A stretch of DNA of 50,399 bases, taken from the NCBI GenBank assembly GCA_964391555.1, contig CAYMMT010000006.1, positions 6,487-56,885 on the forward strand, in the 5' to 3' direction. Below, in pieces: positions 19,389-29,799 of the stretch. The first letter of the stretch is position 1, and every line of letters begins with the position of its first letter. A program made the position numbers and the translations under genes. The notes below the pieces were generated by a model, which was given only the letters and a program-made list of their open reading frames with translations, made no database searches and was not told the origin of the DNA. The DNA comes from an uncultured Rhodobacterales bacterium (GTDB taxonomy: Bacteria > Pseudomonadota > Alphaproteobacteria > Rhodobacterales > Rhodobacteraceae).

Positions 19389-21062
19389 ATGACGGGCGCG
19401 GAAGCATTGGTCGGCATGCTGGAGGCCTACGGCGTGCAGCACATTTTCGGGTTGTGCGGCGATACGACCCTGCCGCTCTATGATGCCTTGGCGCGTCTGG
19501 ACCATGGCATCACGCATTTCCTGACCCGGGATGAACGTCATGCCGCCTATATGGCCGACGGCTATGCGCGTGTCACCGGGCGGCCGGGTGTCTGCGAAGG
19601 GCCCTCCGGAGGCGGAGCGACGTATATCCTGCCGGGGCTGGTCGAAGCCAACGAAAGCTCCATCCCCGTTCTGGCGATCACCACCGACGTCGCGACGACC
19701 TCGGCCGGGCGGTATCCGCTGACAGAGCTTGATCAGGTCGCGCTGTTCAGACCCCTGACCAAGTGGAATGCGTCGCTCGACAACGCCGCCCGGCTTCCGG
19801 CGATGGTGCGCCGGGCATTCCGCGAAATGACCACCGGGCGGCCCGGCGCGGTCCATCTGGCACTGCCGTTCGACACCCAGAAGGCCGAGGTGGATGCAGC
19901 CGAGATCTGGGCCGAACCGCGCCACAGGCAGTTCCCGGCCAGTCCGGCGGCCCCCGCCGCGACCGATATCTCTGCGGCGGCGGAGGCCCTGCGCGGCGCA
20001 AGAAACGCGGTGGTGATTTGCGGCGGCGGACCGGTTATTGCGGGCGCCTTCGAGGCGTTGGCTGACCTGGCCGACTGCCTTGATATCCCGGTTGCAACCA
20101 CCGTGTCGGGGCAGGGGGCCATCGCCGAGACGGCGCCCCGGGCCGTGGGGGTTGTGGGATCAAACGGCGGTGTCCCATCAACCCGCGCCGTGGTCGAAGA
20201 GGCGGATCTGGTGCTCTTCGTGGGGTGCCGGGGCGGATCCGTGACGACAGAGCGCTGGCGGTCTCCCGCGCCGGGATGCCGGATCATTCATATCGACAGT
20301 GATCCCGGCGTCATCGGCGCGAATTACAAGGCGGATGTCGCCATCGTCGCCGACGCGAAACTGGCGCTGGAGGCTCTGGTGGCCGAACTGTCCCGGGCCG
20401 ATGCGCCCGGCCAGAGCGGCGCCGCGCGGGCCAAGGCCGCCTGGGACGCGAAGCTGGCGGATTTCGCGCCGCTGGCGGCGAGTCCCGAACGCCCGATCCG
20501 GCCCGAAGCGGTCATCGCCGCCTTGGCGGAGATCCTCGACGACGATGCCACGATCGTCGCGGACCCCGGTACGCCGTGCCCGTACTTTTCCGCCCACTAC
20601 CGCTGGCGCAAGCCGGGGCGGCATTTCATCACGAACCGGGCCCACGGCGCGCTGGGCTACGCCCTCGCTGCTGCCATGGGCGCGCAGGTCGGCCGCCCGC
20701 GATCCAAGACCGTCGCCGTCATGGGCGACGGATCCTTCGGATTCTGTTGCGGGGAGTTCGAAACGCTGGTGCGGTACAACATTCCCGTTACCTCCATCGT
20801 CTTCTCGAACGCCGTATTCGGATGGATCAAGGCCGGACAGAACGCGGGCTTTGGAAAGCGGTTTTATAACGTGGACTTTGACCGGACCGATCACGCGTCG
20901 GTCGCACGGGCGTTCGGGGTCAAATCGTGGACCGTCGAGGACCCCGGGCAACTCACCGCCGTCTTGCGGGAAGCGGTCGCACATGAGGGCCCGACCCTCG
21001 TCGACGTGATCTCTCAGCCGCTGCATGAAGCTGCCGCGCCCGTGTCGGAATGGGTTGCGTGA
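19389..21062 (+). CDS. Thiamine-pyrophosphate-dependent enzyme (acetolactate-synthase-like)
   Basis: Start [28 protein letters not shown]-binding motif MGDGSFGF...N near the C-terminus. The 18882 ORF start is antisense to the racemase gene and was rejected. Confidence 0.85.
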   Translation: MTGAEALVGMLEAYGVQHIFGLCGDTTLPLYDALARLDHGITHFLTRDERHAAYMADGYARVTGRPGVCEGPSGGGATYILPGLVEANESSIPVLAITTDVATTSAGRYPLTELDQVALFRPLTKWNASLDNAARLPAMVRRAFREMTTGRPGAVHLALPFDTQKAEVDAAEIWAEPRHRQFPASPAAPAATDISAAAEALRGARNAVVICGGGPVIAGAFEALADLADCLDIPVATTVSGQGAIAETAPRAVGVVGSNGGVPSTRAVVEEADLVLFVGCRGGSVTTERWRSPAPGCRIIHIDSDPGVIGANYKADVAIVADAKLALEALVAELSRADAPGQSGAARAKAAWDAKLADFAPLAASPERPIRPEAVIAALAEILDDDATIVADPGTPCPYFSAHYRWRKPGRHFITNRAHGALGYALAAAMGAQVGRPRSKTVAVMGDGSFGFCCGEFETLVRYNIPVTSIVFSNAVFGWIKAGQNAGFGKRFYNVDFDRTDHASVARAFGVKSWTVEDPGQLTAVLREAVAHEGPTLVDVISQPLHEAAAPVSEWVA

Positions 21063-22186
21063 CCCTCGACCAGATCATCACCGGGTACGACCTGTGGTTC
21101 CTCGAATTGCCGGTGATTTCGGTCCGGGATCACGGCATCGGCAAGGTGGCCGGCCATTGCGAGGTCATCGTGGTGCGGCTGACCAGTGAAGGCGGGGCAG
21201 AGGGGTTCGGCGAGGCTTCCCCCTGGGTCGTATTTACCGGATCGCCCGAAGCGAGCTATGCCGCGCTCGACCGCTATCTCCGGCCGCTCGTCATGGGCAG
21301 GGCCGTGTCCGAGCGCCAGGCCATCATGGCCGAAGCCGCCCGAGCCGTTGCCCACTGCACCGAGGCCATGGCGGCGCTCGAAAGCGCGCTGCTGGACCTC
21401 GAGGGGCGTATCTCGGGGCAGCCGGTTTATCAGATTCTTGGCGGCAAGACAGGGGACAGCATTGCGCTGTCGGTCTCGATCGCGGACCCGGACTGGTCCC
21501 GGGACGAGACACTGCTCGCGAAACTGCGCGAGGATGGTGTGAGGATCATCAAGCTCAAGACGGGTTTTGCCGGCCATGACTTTGACATGATGCGCCTCGA
21601 AAGGCTCGCGCGCGACTGGCCCGAATTTGCAGTCCGGGTGGATTACAATCAGGGTCTGGCGCCCGCGGACGCGCTCGCGCAGGTCTCTGACGTCGCCACG
21701 TTCGCGCCTGACTTCATCGAACAGCCGGTCCCCGCGGCTTGCTATGACGACATGGCCCGAATTCGGGATGGTATCGACGTGCCGCTTCTGGCGGATGAAA
21801 GCGTCTTTGGTCCCGAGGACATGGTTCGGGCACTGCGAGAGGGCATTTGCGACGGCGTGTCGGTCAAGATCATGAAATCGGGCGGGCTCCTGCGGGCGCA
21901 GGAGGTGGCGCGGATGGCGGTGGCCGGTGGCCTGAGCGCCTATGGTGGCGACATGTTTGAGGCGGGCCTCGCCCATCTCGCGGGTGCGCACATGATTGCG
22001 GCAACGCCCGGGATCACGCTGGGCTGTGAGTTCTACCAGGCGCAGTACTTTCTGCGCGAGGACATCCTGGAGACCCCATTTCCGTCTGCCGGGGGGCAGG
22101 TTGTTCTGCCCGACACGCCGGGGCTGGGACTGCGCCCTGACATCGGAAAGCTCAATTACTACGCAAAGGTCAAATCCCATGGCTGA
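21050..22186 (+). CDS. Enolase-superfamily enzyme (mandelate racemase / muconate lactonising family)
   Basis: 378 aa. KLKTG, VDYNQG, FIEQP and LLADES metal-ligand/acid-base motifs at the expected spacing. The alternative GTG start at 21059 gives a GTGA overlap with the upstream stop. Confidence 0.85.
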   Translation: MGCVTLDQIITGYDLWFLELPVISVRDHGIGKVAGHCEVIVVRLTSEGGAEGFGEASPWVVFTGSPEASYAALDRYLRPLVMGRAVSERQAIMAEAARAVAHCTEAMAALESALLDLEGRISGQPVYQILGGKTGDSIALSVSIADPDWSRDETLLAKLREDGVRIIKLKTGFAGHDFDMMRLERLARDWPEFAVRVDYNQGLAPADALAQVSDVATFAPDFIEQPVPAACYDDMARIRDGIDVPLLADESVFGPEDMVRALREGICDGVSVKIMKSGGLLRAQEVARMAVAGGLSAYGGDMFEAGLAHLAGAHMIAATPGITLGCEFYQAQYFLREDILETPFPSAGGQVVLPDTPGLGLRPDIGKLNYYAKVKSHG

Positions 22187-23435
22187 CGCCGTCAAGACCG
22201 TCGCCGTCATTGGTGCAGGCATCGTCGGAGTTTCCACCGCGATCTGGTTGCAGCGCGACGGGCACAGGGTCATTCTGATCGACCGCGACGGACCGGCGGC
22301 GGGGACAAGCTTTGGCAACGGTGGCGTGCTGGCCTCTTGCTCGATCGTGCCGGTGACCGTGCCGGGGTTGCTGCGCAAGGCGCCGGGCATGTTGTTCAGT
22401 CCCGATCAGCCGTTGTTCCTGAAATGGAGCTATCTGCCGACGTTGATGCCGTGGTTGATCAGGTACCTCGGCAACGGACATGCCGAGGCGGTCAAGCACC
22501 GGGCCAAGGCCATGACGCCGATCATCGGCGACAGCCTCGCCGACCATCAGGCGCTGGCCGAAGGGACGAAAGCCGCGCGCTATATCGTGCCATCCGACTA
22601 TCTGTTTCTTTACCGGGACCGGGCGCACTACGAAGGCGATGCGTTTGGCTGGCAGGTGCGTGCCGACAATGGTTTTGAGTGGGAAACGCTCGAAGGGGAT
22701 GCTTGGCGCAGCTATGATCCCGGTTTCGGACCCGGCATCAATCTGGGTGTCAAACTGGGCAATCACGGCCGCATCAGCGACCCCGGCGCCTACGTCAAGG
22801 CCTTGGCAGTCCACGCGGAAGGGCGCGGCGCAAGGGTCATCAAGGCCCATGTCGACGATGTCGTGCGCGAAGATGGCAAGCTGACCGGCCTGCGCGCAGG
22901 GGGAGAGACGATTGCCTGCGACGCGGCCGTTCTGGCCACCGGCGCATGGTCAAAACCGCTCGCCTCGAAATGCGGTCTCGGTGTGCCGCCGCTGGAAAGC
23001 GAGCGGGGCTACCACCTTGAACTGTGGGAGCCGTCGATCATGCCGCGTTCCCCGGTCATGGTGGCCTCGGGCAAGTTCGTGGCCACTCCGATGGATGGTC
23101 GCCTCCGACTGGCAGGCGTCGTGGAATTCGGGGGGCTGGACGCAGGCCCCTCGTCGTCGCCATTCCGGCTGCTCGAACGCAACATTCGCGCCGCGATGCC
23201 CACGCTCACCTGGAAGGAAACCACGGAATGGATGGGTCATCGCCCTTCGATGGCGGATTCGCTTCCGGTTATCGGGGAGGCGCCGGCGCTCGAGGGGGCC
23301 TACGCCGCCTTCGGCCACGACCACGTCGGCCTGACCGGGGGACCAAAAACGGGGCGCATCGTGGCGCAGCTGGTGGCGGGCAGAAACCCCAACCTTGACC
23401 TAAGCCCCTATTCCCCGGCACGTTTCGCGAAGTGA
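22179..23435 (+). CDS. FAD-dependent oxidoreductase (DAO / D-amino-acid-dehydrogenase-like)
   Basis: Start [37 protein letters not shown] (GxGxxG plus an acidic residue). 8-nt overlap with the upstream gene. Confidence 0.85.
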   Translation: MADAVKTVAVIGAGIVGVSTAIWLQRDGHRVILIDRDGPAAGTSFGNGGVLASCSIVPVTVPGLLRKAPGMLFSPDQPLFLKWSYLPTLMPWLIRYLGNGHAEAVKHRAKAMTPIIGDSLADHQALAEGTKAARYIVPSDYLFLYRDRAHYEGDAFGWQVRADNGFEWETLEGDAWRSYDPGFGPGINLGVKLGNHGRISDPGAYVKALAVHAEGRGARVIKAHVDDVVREDGKLTGLRAGGETIACDAAVLATGAWSKPLASKCGLGVPPLESERGYHLELWEPSIMPRSPVMVASGKFVATPMDGRLRLAGVVEFGGLDAGPSSSPFRLLERNIRAAMPTLTWKETTEWMGHRPSMADSLPVIGEAPALEGAYAAFGHDHVGLTGGPKTGRIVAQLVAGRNPNLDLSPYSPARFAK

Positions 23436-23482
23436 GTGTCGCAATGACCGCTTTCACGTCACAAAATAGCAGGGAGATTATC

Positions 23483-24457
23483 ATGAACAACAAAGCGCAC
23501 ATGCTCTTTGGAGCCGTCGCCGTTGCCGCAATGGCCGCGCCCGCAAATGCCCAGAATTGGGATATGCCGATGGCCTATTCCGGCTCCAACTTCCACTCGG
23601 TGACGGGGGCCGAGTTCGCCCAATGTGTGACGACCGGCACCGGCGGCGACATCACCATCACCACGCACCCGGGCGGGTCGCTTTTCGCGGGTGCCGACAT
23701 CAAGCGTGCCATTCAGACCGGGCAGGTGCCGATTGGCGAACGTCTGCTCTCGGGCCACCAGAACGAAAGCGCGATCTTCGGCTGGGATTCGATCCCCTTC
23801 CTCGTGTCGTCGTTCGACGAGCATGACAGGCTTTACGAAATCGCCAAACCGGCGGTGGAGGAAGTTCTGGCAGAGCAGAACCTGACGCTTCTTTATTCCG
23901 TCCCGTGGCCGCCGCAGGGGCTCTACTTCCGGGATGAAGTAACGTCGATGGAAGACATGGTTGGCGTGAAATTCCGTTCCTACAACAATGCCACCTCGCG
24001 GCTGGCGGAACTGACCGGCATGTTGCCCGTGACCATTGAAGCCGCGGAAATCAGCCAGGCCTTCGCAACCGGTGTGGCGGACAGCATGGTGTCGTCCGGC
24101 GCAACCGGATACGACCGCAAGGTTTGGGAAAGCCTGAACTATTTCTATTCGGTCGATGCCTGGCTGCCGCGCAACTACGTGATGGTCAACTCCGATGTCT
24201 GGGCTGACGTGTCGGAGGCGAACAAGAATGTTATCCAGGCCTGCGCGGGCATGGCGGAATACGCCGGGACATGGCGCGCCAAGGAATACACCGGCTTCAC
24301 GCTGGCGGGTCTGGCGGCCGGTGGCATGACCGTCGAGCCTGCCAACGACGCGCTGATGGCCGGCCTGAAAGAGGTTGGGGAGACGATGACCGCAGAATGG
24401 CTCGAAGCTGCCGGTGAGGCCGGCGCGGCCATCATCGACGCCTACAACGCGGAATAA
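23483..24457 (+). CDS. TRAP transporter substrate-binding protein (DctP-type)
   Basis: AGGGAG RBS. Signal peptide MNNKAHMLFGAVAVAAMAAPANA, and a DctP-like length. The Q and M subunits follow. Confidence 0.85.
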   Translation: MNNKAHMLFGAVAVAAMAAPANAQNWDMPMAYSGSNFHSVTGAEFAQCVTTGTGGDITITTHPGGSLFAGADIKRAIQTGQVPIGERLLSGHQNESAIFGWDSIPFLVSSFDEHDRLYEIAKPAVEEVLAEQNLTLLYSVPWPPQGLYFRDEVTSMEDMVGVKFRSYNNATSRLAELTGMLPVTIEAAEISQAFATGVADSMVSSGATGYDRKVWESLNYFYSVDAWLPRNYVMVNSDVWADVSEANKNVIQACAGMAEYAGTWRAKEYTGFTLAGLAAGGMTVEPANDALMAGLKEVGETMTAEWLEAAGEAGAAIIDAYNAE

Positions 24458-24473
24458 GCGACACGACACCAGG

Positions 24474-24502
24474 GGCGGCGCGCCTGCGCCGTCCTTTCCT
24501 TT
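24474..24502 (+). terminator. Hairpin plus T-rich tail after the TRAP binding-protein gene (attenuator-like)
   Basis: GGCGGCGC/GCGCCGTC 8-bp stem (one G-U) around a GCCT loop, followed by CTTTCCTTT. Confidence 0.35.
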
Positions 24503-24517
24503 GGCTGGGTAGGGGCA

Positions 24518-25042
24518 ATGATCATGGGCGCGTTGCGCAAGATTCTGGACTTTCTCTATGTGGCCGCGGGCGTGCTGGCCGCGCTGTGCCTGATCGCGAT
24601 CCTGTCGCTGATCGTGCTGCAGATGCTGGCCCGCTGGACCGGCGAGGTCTTTCCGGGGGCTCCGAATTACGCGGGCTACGCCATGGCCGCGGCGTCATTT
24701 TTCGCCTTCGCCAATGCCTTGGGCCGCGGCGCCCATATCCGGGTGTCGATCCTGCTCAACGCGGTGCCACGGCGACTGAAATGGGTGCTCGAGGTCTGGT
24801 GTTTCGGCCTTGGTGCGGCCATCGCCGCCTACTTCACCTACTACGCCTACACATTCGTTTTCTGGTCCTGGAAATTCAACGATGTGAGCCAGGGACAGGA
24901 CGCCTCTCCGCTCTGGATCCCGCAGTCCGTCATGGTTCTCGGCGGCGGGCTTCTCACGGTCGCGCTGGTCGACAATCTGGTCCATCTGTTCGTCAGGGGC
25001 GAGCACCGGATCAGAGCCGAAACCGTCGGACACGGGGAGTAG
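24518..25042 (+). CDS. TRAP transporter small permease (DctQ-type)
   Basis: 174 aa with four TM helices, positioned between the P and M subunits. Confidence 0.85.
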   Translation: MIMGALRKILDFLYVAAGVLAALCLIAILSLIVLQMLARWTGEVFPGAPNYAGYAMAAASFFAFANALGRGAHIRVSILLNAVPRRLKWVLEVWCFGLGAAIAAYFTYYAYTFVFWSWKFNDVSQGQDASPLWIPQSVMVLGGGLLTVALVDNLVHLFVRGEHRIRAETVGHGE

Positions 25043-25048
25043 CGACGC

Positions 25049-26359
25049 ATGACCGAAGTCTACGCAATCACGATCTTCCTGTTCGTTCTTTTCTTTCTTC
25101 TTGGAACCGGTGTCTGGGTGGGCCTCGCGCTCATGGGGGTGGCCTGGGTCGGAATGGAACTCTTTACCAACCGGCCCGTCGGCGACGCGATGGTCACGAC
25201 GATCTGGGCGTCGAGTTCGAGTTGGACGCTGACAGCCCTGCCGCTGTTCATCTGGATGGGAGAAATCCTGTTCCGAACCCGATTGTCGGAGGATATGTTT
25301 CGCGGTCTGTCGCCTTGGCTGGCGCGGCTGCCGGGAGGACTGGTTCACACGAACATCGTTGGCTGTACGGTCTTTGCCGCCGTGTCCGGGTCGTCCGCCG
25401 CGACGCTGACGACGGTCGGCAAGATGTCGATCCCCGAACTTCGCGCGCGCGACTACCCGGAGCGGGTCGTCATCGGCACGCTGGCGGGCGCGGCGACGCT
25501 TGGGCTCATGATCCCGCCGTCGCTGGCGCTGATCGTCTATGGCGTCACGGTCAATGAAAGCATCACGCAGTTGTTCTTTGCCGGGGTGCTTCCTGGCCTG
25601 CTCCTCGCGCTGATGTTCATGGGATATGTCGCGATCTATTCAAAGCTGTCGGGCAACTGGAATCCCAAGCAGGAAACCGGGATGAGCCTGGCCGACAAGC
25701 TGTCCAACTCGCGCTACCTGATCCCCGTCTTGCTGCTGATTTTCGTCGTGATCGGCTCGATGTACGGCGGTTACGCCACGGCGACAGAGGCGGCGGCGAT
25801 TGGCGTCATCGGGTCGCTCATCCTTGCGGCCGGCCAGGGATCGCTCAACTGGGGCACCTTTACCGAAAGCCTCATGGGGGCAACGCGCACCTCCGCCATG
25901 ATCGCTCTGATTCTCGCGGGCGCCGCTTTCCTCAAGCTCGCGATGGGCTTTACCGGACTGCCGCGCGCCTTGGCCGAAGGCGTTGCCGCCATGGACCTGA
26001 CGCGGTTCCAGCTTCTGATGGTGCTTCTCGTTTTCTACATCGTTCTCGGCATGTTCCTTGACGGGATTTCCAGCGTTGTCCTGACGATGGCCGTGGTTGA
26101 ACCCATGGTACGTGAAGCGGGCATCGACCTGATCTGGTTCGGGATCTTCGTGGTCGTGGTGGTCGAGATGGCGCAGATCACGCCACCGATCGGGTTCAAC
26201 CTGTTCGTCCTGCAGGGCATGACCCATCACGAGATGGGCTACATCACCCGAGCGGCCCTGCCGATGTTCCTGATCATGGTCCTGATGTGCTTCATTCTGA
26301 TCTGGGTCCCGGAACTGGCGCTCTGGCTGCCCGAGACAATGCGGGGTGGGCCCGGCTAG
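25049..26359 (+). CDS. TRAP transporter large permease (DctM-type)
   Basis: 436 aa and polytopic. The DctM-like sequence runs throughout (e.g. FAAVSGSSAAT and PPSLALIVYG). Confidence 0.9.
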   Translation: MTEVYAITIFLFVLFFLLGTGVWVGLALMGVAWVGMELFTNRPVGDAMVTTIWASSSSWTLTALPLFIWMGEILFRTRLSEDMFRGLSPWLARLPGGLVHTNIVGCTVFAAVSGSSAATLTTVGKMSIPELRARDYPERVVIGTLAGAATLGLMIPPSLALIVYGVTVNESITQLFFAGVLPGLLLALMFMGYVAIYSKLSGNWNPKQETGMSLADKLSNSRYLIPVLLLIFVVIGSMYGGYATATEAAAIGVIGSLILAAGQGSLNWGTFTESLMGATRTSAMIALILAGAAFLKLAMGFTGLPRALAEGVAAMDLTRFQLLMVLLVFYIVLGMFLDGISSVVLTMAVVEPMVREAGIDLIWFGIFVVVVVEMAQITPPIGFNLFVLQGMTHHEMGYITRAALPMFLIMVLMCFILIWVPELALWLPETMRGGPG

Positions 26360-26367
26360 CGGCGGGC

Positions 26368-27276
26368 ATGCTTCGTTTCGCGGCCCGCCACGGACGCTGG
26401 TGCCTGATCGCCGGTCTGGTCGCAGGGCTGACCCTGCCCGGACTGGCGGGGGCGTTGCGCTCCGCCCTCCCGCATATGATTGCCGCTTTGTTGTTTCTGG
26501 CCGCGTTTCGGGTTGGGCCGCAGGCGATCTTGCGCGGTCTCAGAAGCGATTTCACCGTTGTCCGGCTGGTCCTGATCTTTCAGGTCCTCGCGCCGCTCAT
26601 TGCGCTTGGCGCATCGCACGCACTGGGCGTGTCGGGCTCCACCGCGGCCCTCGCGGCCGTTCTGATGCTGTCTGCTCCCTCCGTCACCGGAAGCCCGAAC
26701 TTTGCCCTGATCATGGGTGTCAGGCCGGAGGCCGCGCTGCGTCTTCTCATGGTCGGGACGGCGCTGCTTCCCCTGACCATCCTGCCGGTCCTGTCCCTGA
26801 TCCCGGATCTCGACACGGGCGCTGTCGTCTTCGCGGCCGGTCGCCTGATCGTCGTTGTCGGTCTGGCCGGTGGCGTGGCGTTCCTGTTGCGCCGGGGGCG
26901 CTGGGCCAGACTGACAACGGCTCAGGAGCAAAACCTCGACGGGGCCTCGGCGATACTTCTGGGGGTTGTGGTCATCGGCCTGATGTCCGCGGTTGGCCCC
27001 TTGCTGACCTCCGCGCCACTTGTTTTCGGAATGTGGCTGGCCTTTGCGGCGGCACTGAACTTCTCCGCGCAGCTTCTGGCTTGGAAAAGCATCGCCAAAT
27101 TGGCCCCGGCAGAGGACCGTCCCGCGATCAGTGTCGTGGCCGGAAACCGCAACATCGCCCTGTTTCTCGTCGCGCTTTCGCCCGACATCACGACCGACCT
27201 GCTAAGCTTCATCGGGTGCTACCAGATCCCGATGTACCTCACGCCCATCCTGTTTCAGCGCTTCTATCGCCGCTGA
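26368..27276 (+). CDS. Integral membrane transporter, bile-acid/Na+ symporter (SBF)-like fold
   Basis: 302 aa from MLRFAARHG, with 8-9 TM helices. Paired motifs SAPSVTGSPNFAL and VVAGNRNIALFL resemble the two crossover helices of SBF/BASS proteins. The assignment is tentative. Confidence 0.5.
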   Translation: MLRFAARHGRWCLIAGLVAGLTLPGLAGALRSALPHMIAALLFLAAFRVGPQAILRGLRSDFTVVRLVLIFQVLAPLIALGASHALGVSGSTAALAAVLMLSAPSVTGSPNFALIMGVRPEAALRLLMVGTALLPLTILPVLSLIPDLDTGAVVFAAGRLIVVVGLAGGVAFLLRRGRWARLTTAQEQNLDGASAILLGVVVIGLMSAVGPLLTSAPLVFGMWLAFAAALNFSAQLLAWKSIAKLAPAEDRPAISVVAGNRNIALFLVALSPDITTDLLSFIGCYQIPMYLTPILFQRFYRR

Positions 27277-27324
27277 GTTGTCAGCAATTGGCAGCCGGAA
27301 CCCGATCGCCCGCGAGGGAGCGGT

Positions 27325-29205
27325 CTAGAACACCGCGTTCATGACCGTGAGTGAAACGATCAGAAACAACACGGTCATGATCCCGCCGCTCTTGACGAAG
27401 TCCGTGACCTTGTAGCCAGCCGGTCCCATGATCAGGGCGTTGACCTGATGGGTTGGGATCAGGAACGAGTTGGAAGTCGAGATTGCCACGGTCAGGGCGA
27501 AAACCGCCGGATCACCACCGGCGGCGACGGCGATGGAGACGGCAAGCGGGACCAGCAGAACGGTCGCGCCGACGTTGGACATCACGAGCGTGAAGGCGGT
27601 TGCCAGAACTGCCACGCCAACCTGCAGACCCCAAATCGGCCAACCATCGAGCAACGTCAGAATCTGTTCGGCTATCCAGGCCGCGGTTCCGGTATTCTGC
27701 ACCGCCTGTCCAAGGGGGATCAGGCTGGCGAGCAGGAACACGGTTGGCCAACTGACCGCCTCGTAGGCCTCGTCGATCCGCAAGACGTTTGTCGCGATCA
27801 TGCCCGCCGCGCCGACCAGAAGAGCGACGGAGAGGCGCAGATCCGTGAAGAGGATCAATGCCACGGCAATCGCGAAGAAGACCAGCGCCCAGGTCACCTT
27901 GTTCGGGCGCATTTCTTCCATCGGGAAGTCGCTGGTGACGACGACGAAGTCCCGGTTTCGTGTCAACCGGGCGAGGCTGTCCCACGCGGTGAAGGCGACA
28001 AGCGTGTCGCCGGCCCGGAACGGTTCGGTGCCGATATCGGTCGCCTCGTGCTCCTCGGTTTCCACGAGGCTGAGCGTTTCACCGCCGCGATGAATCGCCA
28101 GCAGGCCGAGACCATAGGTCTTGCGCATGGTGACGTCGCGCGCGGATTTGCCGATCAGGTCGCTGTCGGGCGGAATGACCACCTCGGCAACACCGGCGAC
28201 GGTTGGCGCATAGGCTTCGGCAAAGATGTCGAGTTCCGGAAGGACCTCGAACCCATAGGCGTAGGCGATATCTTCGATGACCTTGCGGCGGCCCAGAATG
28301 GCGAGGCGGCAGGGGTCTTCGACCTTGGTGTCGAGTACGGGCGTGAACCAGCGCTGCCCGCGATGGTAGGAGCCAACGATATAAAGGTTATGGGCCAACA
28401 TGATCTCGGCGAAGGTATGGCCGCGCAGCAGCGATCCCTCGGGCACCACCACTTCGACCAGGTCCGATTTCAGCCCGTAAATCTTCTTGAGGTATTCCTT
28501 GACCGACTGTCCGCTGCTGCCTTCATCCTTGTCCGTGTGATCGGGCAGGACCCAACGCCCGAGCAGCACGAAATAGAGGATACCCGTCGCCACCAGGCCC
28601 AGTCCCACCGGCGTCACGGAGAAGAGCGAGAAGGGTTCCATCTGCTGGGCCTCGGGCAGGGATTGGTTCGAGGTCAGGATCAGGTCGTTGAGCAGGATCA
28701 GAGGAGAGGACCCCACCATCGTCACGGTCCCGCCGAGTATCGCGCAAAACCCCATGGGCATCAGCAACCGGCTGAGCGGAAGCCCGGTTCGCGTCGAAAT
28801 CCGGCTGACCACCGGCAGGAACAGTGCGGCCGCACCCACGTTCTGCATGAAGCTGGAGATGATGCCGACCGTGCCGGAGATGATCGGGATGATCCGCGCC
28901 TCGGTCTTGCCGCCGTATTTGAGGATGGTGGCCGCGACCTGACTCATCAGACCCGTGCGGTCGAGACCCGCTCCGATGATCATCACTGCAATGATCGATA
29001 TCACCGCGTTGGAGGCGAAACCCTCGAACAGGCGGGCCGGGTCGGCGAGGTTGTCCAGACCGGGAACTTGCGACAGCAGGCCCAGCGAAATCATGACCAG
29101 TATGGCAGAGAAGTCTATTCGAAAGACCTCGGTCACGAACAGCACAACCGTCACGCCGAGGATGGCGAGCACCACGATCATTTCCGTCGTCAGTATGATC
29201 TCCAC
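27325..29205 (-). CDS. SLC13/DASS-family permease with two central TrkA-C domains
   Basis: Polytopic N- and C-terminal halves flank two soluble RCK_C-like repeats (EVVVPEGSLLRGHTFAEI and EVVIPPDSDLIGKSARDV). Start chosen at GTG 29205, preceded by AAGGGGGGG. The ORF extends to TTG 29292. Confidence 0.8.
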   Translation of the reverse strand: MEIILTTEMIVVLAILGVTVVLFVTEVFRIDFSAILVMISLGLLSQVPGLDNLADPARLFEGFASNAVISIIAVMIIGAGLDRTGLMSQVAATILKYGGKTEARIIPIISGTVGIISSFMQNVGAAALFLPVVSRISTRTGLPLSRLLMPMGFCAILGGTVTMVGSSPLILLNDLILTSNQSLPEAQQMEPFSLFSVTPVGLGLVATGILYFVLLGRWVLPDHTDKDEGSSGQSVKEYLKKIYGLKSDLVEVVVPEGSLLRGHTFAEIMLAHNLYIVGSYHRGQRWFTPVLDTKVEDPCRLAILGRRKVIEDIAYAYGFEVLPELDIFAEAYAPTVAGVAEVVIPPDSDLIGKSARDVTMRKTYGLGLLAIHRGGETLSLVETEEHEATDIGTEPFRAGDTLVAFTAWDSLARLTRNRDFVVVTSDFPMEEMRPNKVTWALVFFAIAVALILFTDLRLSVALLVGAAGMIATNVLRIDEAYEAVSWPTVFLLASLIPLGQAVQNTGTAAWIAEQILTLLDGWPIWGLQVGVAVLATAFTLVMSNVGATVLLVPLAVSIAVAAGGDPAVFALTVAISTSNSFLIPTHQVNALIMGPAGYKVTDFVKSGGIMTVLFLIVSLTVMNAVF

Positions 29206-29392
29206 GCGCCCCCCCCTTGCTGCCGGATCACTGTCGCACGATATGAGGCTGGTTTGTCTCCCCTTTTTCAATTTTTGAAACGTGTTGGGCAAGAAACCTC
29301 GCCGTCACCTCGGCCTCGAGACCGGGGTCGACCATGGTCTGTGGGTCAGGTTCGCTGGCCGAGCGATACGTGCCGGGCCCGGGACGATCCGG

Positions 29393-29653
29393 TCAGAAGA
29401 CGGCGCGGCGGGCTCGGGCGCCGCCGCGCCGGGCGGGTTTGGGCAAGGTCAGGGACAAAGGGCGCAATGGCGCCTCTATCGACGCCTTGAGCAGGTCGCA
29501 GAATACGGCCACTGCCGGGGAGGCCTGCGCAAAGGGAACAGCCGCGCCGTAGGCCCGTTTGGCCTCGCGCCGGTACGCGGCCTCCGGCGGCAGCCAGCCC
29601 AGCCACTGGATATACCCCAATTGGCCCAGTTCCTTCGCTCGCTCAGTGGTCAT
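29393..29653 (-). CDS. Hypothetical 86-aa protein downstream of the cobalamin riboswitch
   Basis: MTTERAKELGQLGYIQWLGWLPPEAAYRRE... has high GC3 from this ATG onward. Its start overlaps the stop of a 39-codon upstream ORF that carries a strong SD. No recognisable motif. Confidence 0.35.
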   Translation of the reverse strand: MTTERAKELGQLGYIQWLGWLPPEAAYRREAKRAYGAAVPFAQASPAVAVFCDLLKASIEAPLRPLSLTLPKPARRGGARARRAVF

Positions 29654-29799
29654 GTATCCTATGTCGAGTTGTGAGATTGTCTTTTCCAGAAGCATCGCGC
29701 CCTCCGCGCAAAGGGGCATGGCGCCGGGAGCAAGGCGTCGGAACTGGTCCTGTCTGGTCCATTTCGTCTCTCCCTCCCTCGGCGCCCCGCCAGGGTTTC

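Noticed and set aside
27448-29490. 680-aa plus-strand ORF antisense to the SLC13 permease. Similar long antisense ORFs: 2107-3408(-), 6294-7562(-), 14802-16022(-), 16998-18290(-), 21014-22390(-), 31961-33553(+), 34051-35838(+), 39001-40284(-), 46427-47737(-) and 47823-49736(-).
   Set aside because: Their translations are Arg/Gly/His/Pro-rich and low-complexity, with no motifs. Each lies fully opposite a gene with clear family signatures. These are the typical shadow ORFs of a high-GC genome, where stop codons are rare.
29643-29762. 39-codon ORF (MDQTGPVPTPCSRRH...) with a very strong Shine-Dalgarno, considered as a genuine protein-coding gene.
   Set aside because: Its GC3 is low for this genome and its composition is not protein-like. 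I treat it as a possible leader or coupling ORF of the riboswitch expression platform, as discussed in the findings, rather than annotating it as a CDS.
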